From Bdellovibrionales bacterium (lineage in GTDB: Bacteria; Bdellovibrionota; Bdellovibrionia; Bdellovibrionales; UBA1609), in contig OZ241877.1 in NCBI GenBank assembly GCA_965203095.1, positions 512,001 to 576,000 of the forward strand: a stretch of 64,000 bases of DNA, read 5' to 3'. Below are positions 59,760 to 64,000 of this stretch, piece by piece. The position numbers were made by a program, and so were the translations under genes. Numbering within the stretch: the first letter of the stretch is position 1; the number at the start of each line of letters is the position of its first letter. The notes below the pieces were generated by a model. It was given only the letters and a program-made list of their open reading frames with translations. It was not told the origin of the DNA and did no database searches.

Positions 59760-59925
59760 GAAAGTGAATTTTTAGTAGATTTTTTTTAAATGTGTTGCGA
59801 AAAACTGCCACAATCCATTCAAAGCTCTTTTAAACTGAAGGGCTGAAAACCCTTAAAACAAAAGCTTTTTTAGATTGAACGGGTTTTAAGTCCAAAGCTT
59901 TCCTTAAGATTTTTAGTGCTTGCCG
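59760..59925. repeat. Degenerate copy of the switch junction in the opposite orientation
   Basis: 59760-59834 is a direct copy of 47110-47182; 59836-59919 is an inverted copy of 47414-47498. Confidence 0.8.
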
Positions 59926-59992
59926 AGTGGACTGAGGGAAAAAAGTGGACTCTTTTTAAAATGTGATTTAACACTAACTTTAAAAAGGAGGA

Positions 59993-60352
59993 ATGATGAA
60001 AAAGCCAATAGAAGATTTGAAAAATAAAATTTACAATATTTATAACGAGCGACAGGATAAAAACTGGGATGGCTATGGAGCAGAGCCTTTAAAATTTCTA
60101 CCTCAATCATTAAAGTTTGCTGAAAGTTTGTTTTCTGAGTCGAGGCTATTGGTGGAATCTGTAGATATTATTCCTGAAAATGACGGTTGTCTTTGTTTTG
60201 AATGGTATAAATCCGATGAAAAGTTTATCAGTGTCTCAGTAAAAGGTGAAAAACTGATATATAATTATGAAATTTATGGTGAGAAAAGTTGTGGCGAAAC
60301 AAATTTTTATGGAAAAAAAAGCATAATTGAAAAAATAAAACAAGTTGCTTAA
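59993..60352 (+). CDS. Hypothetical protein with NWDGYGA motif
   Basis: AAGGAGG RBS; NWDGYGAEP...PENDG...FEW pattern. Confidence 0.75.
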   Translation: MMKKPIEDLKNKIYNIYNERQDKNWDGYGAEPLKFLPQSLKFAESLFSESRLLVESVDIIPENDGCLCFEWYKSDEKFISVSVKGEKLIYNYEIYGEKSCGETNFYGKKSIIEKIKQVA

Positions 60353-60401
60353 AAATTGTTTGTTTTTTAAAAACTTGTAAATAGATTTTTTTTGAAGATT
60401 A

Positions 60402-60578
60402 GCTTTATCCCGTTTATCAGTGAAGTTTCAACCTACTAAAGGGACGGGAAAGAGAGTGGAAAGAGATAGAGTCAGCAAACTTAGCATGATCTGCTTTATG
60501 TGATATAGAGTTTTGCTTTTTTTAAAATGGATTTGGTATATCCTCTCGACTTCCTAAAGGGCGAACTCAGGATAAAGC
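60402..60578 (-). ncRNA. Probable 6S RNA
   Basis: ~177-nt intergenic element closed by GCTTTATCC/GGATAAAGC; CCTGAGTTCG 5' arm, GAAGT/ACTTC inner stem, CATGC apical motif and GTAGGTTGAA resemble 6S RNAs. Confidence 0.5.
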
Positions 60579-60629
60579 ATTTTGTAAATTTTTCACAGTG
60601 AGAAAGCCTGTTTCCCCAGTGGCTACAGT

Positions 60630-60815
60630 TCAGGGTTCTTTTTTCTCAAAGATCAAAATTAAATCTGTAAGTTTTTTAGCTTTGGCTTTAAGGACAAGCT
60701 TTTTCTCTGTGGCAATATCCTCTTTATTGTCTATCACCCATAAAAGCTTTTTTCTCTGTGTCTTTAGAATTTTAATGACAGAGTCCAAATCCTCTTTACT
60801 AATCTCTATTTTCAT
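60630..60815 (-). CDS. Small hypothetical protein
   Basis: 61-aa ORF starting 3 nt after the ggt stop. Confidence 0.55.
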   Translation of the reverse strand: MKIEISKEDLDSVIKILKTQRKKLLWVIDNKEDIATEKKLVLKAKAKKLTDLILIFEKKEP

Positions 60816-60818
60816 TTT

Positions 60819-62447
60819 TTAAAGTCCCCCAGTGGAGCCTTCCCTACGGTTTTCTACAGCCCCTTGCAGACGGCCTTCAGGAGTTCGAGCCACAGCAAAA
60901 ATTTGAGCAATATAATTCTTAAATTGAATTTTATGCCCTCTCAATTTTAAACCTGTAAGTAGTTCCGGGGAAAATCTTTTATCCTCAACAAAAAGATCCC
61001 GAGGTAAAAACTGATGGTGTAACCGTGGAGCTTGAACCGCTTGTTCTATATCTAATTTATTAACCAAATGCCGGTAAAGGCTTTGTAAAACGCCGTTAAT
61101 GATCATCGGCCCTCCTGCTCCTCCTATAACCATGACTGTCTGTTTGTTTTTCTCAACTATCACTGGAGTCATAGAGCTGAGGGGCCTTTTCCCCCCTTGA
61201 ACGGAATTGCTTTTCCCCTGAAACAAGCCAAACATATTGGGCTGTCCTAAAAGGGTTGTAAAGTCATCCATCTGATTGTTCAAAACTATCCCATACTTGG
61301 GGCTGACAATGCCTGAGCCATAAAAGCCGTTGAGAGTGAGGGTCATAGCCACAGCATTTCCCTGAGAGTCTATCAAGGAGATATGGGTGGTCTCCTCTGG
61401 TTCTTTAGGTGGGGCTAACCGTCTCACTTTTTTTAAAGAAATACCTTGGTTCATAGTTTTTAAATTTTCATCGGAAAGCCAGCCATCCGTTGGTATTTTT
61501 GAAAAATCTGGATCTCCCATTAAGGAGCGAGGCCAAAAGGCTCGGCTCATAATTTCTGCTAAAAGATGCATTTCATCCTCACTATAAAGTGGTTTTTTAA
61601 ATACTTTTTGCCTCTCTATAAACTTAAGGGCACGCGACAAAATAATCCCCCCGGAGCTGGGCAGTGGCATGCTATAGACCTCATAGCCTCTAAAAGAAAC
61701 AGATACCGGCTCAAGCCACCGAACACGGTATTGCTTGAGATCTTTTTTTGTTAAAACTCCCTTTTGCTGTTGGACCGCTAAAACCACATCTTGCCCTAAA
61801 GGCCCTTCATAAAAAGCTTTTCGCCCTGTTTTTTTTAGCAGTTTGAGGGCCTTGGCCCACTTTTTTTGTTTAAAAATTTCATTCGGTTTGTAAGCACTTC
61901 TGCCGGACTTTAAAAAAATCTTTTTCCCAAAAGAATCCCACTTCCCTTTTGATTTTTCATTGATACGGATCCAATCGCCGGAAACAGGAAAGCCCTTTTC
62001 CGCTAAAACAATGGCGGGCTGAATCACCTGAGACCAAGACAAACGGCCATACTTTTTATGCAATTCAAATAATCCGGCCACAAAGCCCGGAACTCCAACT
62101 GAAGCTCCCCCCTTGCGGGAAGATAATCGGCTCTTTTCAAAAAAATCAGGCGACATTTTGCCCGGAGCTGTTTCACGAAAATCCAAAGCCTTGATAGAAG
62201 ATTTCAGTTTGACTAAGGCAAAGCCACCCGATCCCAGGGAAACATAATAGGGATGAGTGACAGTTAAAGACAGTGCCACTGCCACTGCCATATCCACAAC
62301 ATTTCCTCCTTGCCGAAAGAGGCTTTTGGCCACAATAGGGGAATGAGGGGAAGGGCCGGAAACTACAAACTTCGCCCCTTCAAAAGGAAGGGCTAAAGAA
62401 ACTTTAGCCCAAAACAGAACAACAAAACAAATAAAACATCTTTTCAT
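60819..62447 (-). CDS. ggt: Gamma-glutamyltransferase
   Basis: GGNVVD, DFRETAP, ETTHIS (catalytic Thr), LNNQMDDF, RPLSSMTP. Confidence 0.93.
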   Translation of the reverse strand: MKRCFICFVVLFWAKVSLALPFEGAKFVVSGPSPHSPIVAKSLFRQGGNVVDMAVAVALSLTVTHPYYVSLGSGGFALVKLKSSIKALDFRETAPGKMSPDFFEKSRLSSRKGGASVGVPGFVAGLFELHKKYGRLSWSQVIQPAIVLAEKGFPVSGDWIRINEKSKGKWDSFGKKIFLKSGRSAYKPNEIFKQKKWAKALKLLKKTGRKAFYEGPLGQDVVLAVQQQKGVLTKKDLKQYRVRWLEPVSVSFRGYEVYSMPLPSSGGIILSRALKFIERQKVFKKPLYSEDEMHLLAEIMSRAFWPRSLMGDPDFSKIPTDGWLSDENLKTMNQGISLKKVRRLAPPKEPEETTHISLIDSQGNAVAMTLTLNGFYGSGIVSPKYGIVLNNQMDDFTTLLGQPNMFGLFQGKSNSVQGGKRPLSSMTPVIVEKNKQTVMVIGGAGGPMIINGVLQSLYRHLVNKLDIEQAVQAPRLHHQFLPRDLFVEDKRFSPELLTGLKLRGHKIQFKNYIAQIFAVARTPEGRLQGAVENRREGSTGGL

Positions 62448-62553
62448 ATAATTTTTTACTCCCTGTTAATTTAAGATTTTCTTTCCTTAACGGCAAGAAA
62501 ATCTTTTGCCAGCAGGTTAATTTTTAACAAAAGACTACTACTTATCAAGAGGC

Positions 62554-63270
62554 TTATTTCCTGAACATGATTTCAGACCAGTCAGAACGGCCACAATACT
62601 CCCTACTATTTGAGTCGGCTGGCTGAACAAAATGAACAGTATCCTCCTCGTCAAAATAATATCTAATACTTCTACGGCCCGAAGGTGGGTTTGGCTGTGG
62701 ACCACAAGCTGTAGTGGCTGAAAAAGAATCCATCCAAAAAGTCATTTGGTCTCCCTCTGCCTGATACCTCCCTTCAAGACCCATCTGGCAAATGCCTTTA
62801 GAACCTGGCCTAAACTCCTCGGCCTCCGCAATTTTTTCTTCTATTCTCTTTAATTCCTGTTCTCTGGAACTTCGCCATTCTTCATAGAGTCTTCGTTTCG
62901 CGGATGGAGTGCACTCATCTATCTCTCCCGTTTCATCAAAAACTCCCCCTGGCTGTCTACAAGCTTCTTCATGAGTCTCTTCAAATTGCCTTATATTAAA
63001 ATTATCTCTCCTCTCTTTTAATCCTTCTAAATATTCTTCAAACTCTTCTTCCTCATTGGGGTCGGGGACTTCTATATAGCTATGTTGAAATGAGCCATCA
63101 CTTCTAAAAACCATTTCCTGTAGGGAACCCTCCACCGGAACCAGCTTCCCGTTGTCTTCACACTGCCGGCCGGTAAGCTCCCATGAGCCAATAAAACTGG
63201 CACTTTGCCCCCATGCCGAAACACCCGAAACACACAGGGCACTTATAAAAAATAACATTACATATTTCAT
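62554..63270 (-). CDS. Secreted hypothetical protein (lipocalin-like N-terminus)
   Basis: Signal peptide; FIGSWEL and F..DGSF motifs; AAGGAGG RBS. Confidence 0.7.
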   Translation of the reverse strand: MKYVMLFFISALCVSGVSAWGQSASFIGSWELTGRQCEDNGKLVPVEGSLQEMVFRSDGSFQHSYIEVPDPNEEEEFEEYLEGLKERRDNFNIRQFEETHEEACRQPGGVFDETGEIDECTPSAKRRLYEEWRSSREQELKRIEEKIAEAEEFRPGSKGICQMGLEGRYQAEGDQMTFWMDSFSATTACGPQPNPPSGRRSIRYYFDEEDTVHFVQPADSNSREYCGRSDWSEIMFRK

Positions 63271-63384
63271 ATTTTTACCTCCTTATTTTAAGATTTAACC
63301 AATCCAGCTAAGCATATAAAAAAATTAAAATCAAGGATATATTAAGGCTAAAGACTAAAGGATAGACTATTTAGCCTTATGGAG

Positions 63385-63699
63385 TTATTTTTCGTGAAGA
63401 CGAATGATATTATCTATCATCCGCTCCGCATCTTGAGGGCAGGCGGACTCTTGCCGGATTTTTATCCTGCTCTTGTAATTTAAAATGGCTTTTTCCCTCA
63501 GATCGGCACTTCCGTATTTATCGGAATTTTGGATAATTCGAAATAGCCTTTCTTTTTTTGCCTCTAAGTCTGAAAGATTAGCTGTTCCTTGGCAAAGGGG
63601 CTTTTGGTATTCCCCTGAGCCTACAGAACTTGTTGAGGACGGAGCACAGGAAAGAACCAAAAAACAGGAGAGAAATAAAAGCAGGTAATGAGCACTCAT
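63385..63699 (-). CDS. Putative lipoprotein
   Basis: Hydrophobic leader with lipobox VLSC. Confidence 0.65.
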   Translation of the reverse strand: MSAHYLLLFLSCFLVLSCAPSSTSSVGSGEYQKPLCQGTANLSDLEAKKERLFRIIQNSDKYGSADLREKAILNYKSRIKIRQESACPQDAERMIDNIIRLHEK

Positions 63700-63806
63700 A
63701 ATTAAAAGTAAAGCTTATGTTAAAAACATCTGTCAAGCTCAAATCTCTGATTTTTAATGTGATATTAGATGGACAGCGAGCTAAAAAATAAGATAAAAAT
63801 ACGGAT

Positions 63807-64000
63807 GTGGAAAAGTCTCAAATAGCCACTCTTTATTCTGAACCACTCATTCAGCTCATTGAGCAGGCCCATGGCCTTCATAAAAAGCATTTTAAGCCCT
63901 CTTTGGTTCAGGCCAATAAGCTTTTATCCATAAAAACAGGAGGCTGTCCGGAAGATTGTGCTTACTGCTCTCAGTCCGCCCGCTACAAAACAGCTATCCA
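63807..64000 (+). CDS. bioB: Biotin synthase, 5' part (runs off the window)
   Basis: Hand translation ..QANKLLSIKTGGCPEDCAYCSQSARYKT with radical-SAM CxxxCxxC; probable GTG start. Confidence 0.9.
   Translation, partial: MEKSQIATLYSEPLIQLIEQAHGLHKKHFKPSLVQANKLLSIKTGGCPEDCAYCSQSARYKTAI

Noticed and set aside
45915..59925. Prophage or ICE integrated by the tyrosine recombinase
   Set aside because: No phage structural, replication or conjugation genes; no duplicated tRNA or leuS 3' end seen. The flanking direct repeat is better explained as a copy of the switch junction, though an att-like role is not excluded
63769..63825. bioB frameshift (upstream ATG ORF in another frame)
   Set aside because: A GTG at 63807 gives an N-terminus of near-normal BioB length, so no frameshift is required

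Overview
AT-rich bacterial chromosome segment; the gene content (Flp/Tad pilin locus with sigma28-like promoters, type IVa pilin, TPR-winged-helix regulator, many secreted Cys-rich hypotheticals) suggests a Bdellovibrionota-like organism (inference only). Housekeeping genes (ssb, sufS, NifU-like, gshA, tig, glyQS, leuS, ggt, partial bioB, tRNA-Val, tRNA-fMet, probable 6S RNA) alternate with accessory blocks: a five-copy mosaic tandem array of secreted proteins (0.1-5.5 kb), a defence island (type III R-M with two embedded genes, PLD-SNF2 helicase + type IIG R-M; 17.6-32.9 kb) and a second island (tyrosine recombinase, pilin, SDH protease, type ISP R-M, RloC-like ATPase, Rpn; 45.8-60.4 kb). The most striking signal is DNA-inversion-type pilus variation. 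(1) A ~350-bp segment between the tyrosine recombinase and the type IV pilin gene is bounded by inverted repeats and carries a promoter currently pointing away from the pilin; a degenerate copy of the opposite orientation survives 12.6 kb downstream. (2) Two head-to-head Flp pilin cassettes share a perfect 61-bp inverted repeat, so an inversion would swap their variable C-termini. The recombinase gene itself appears split at an A8 tract.
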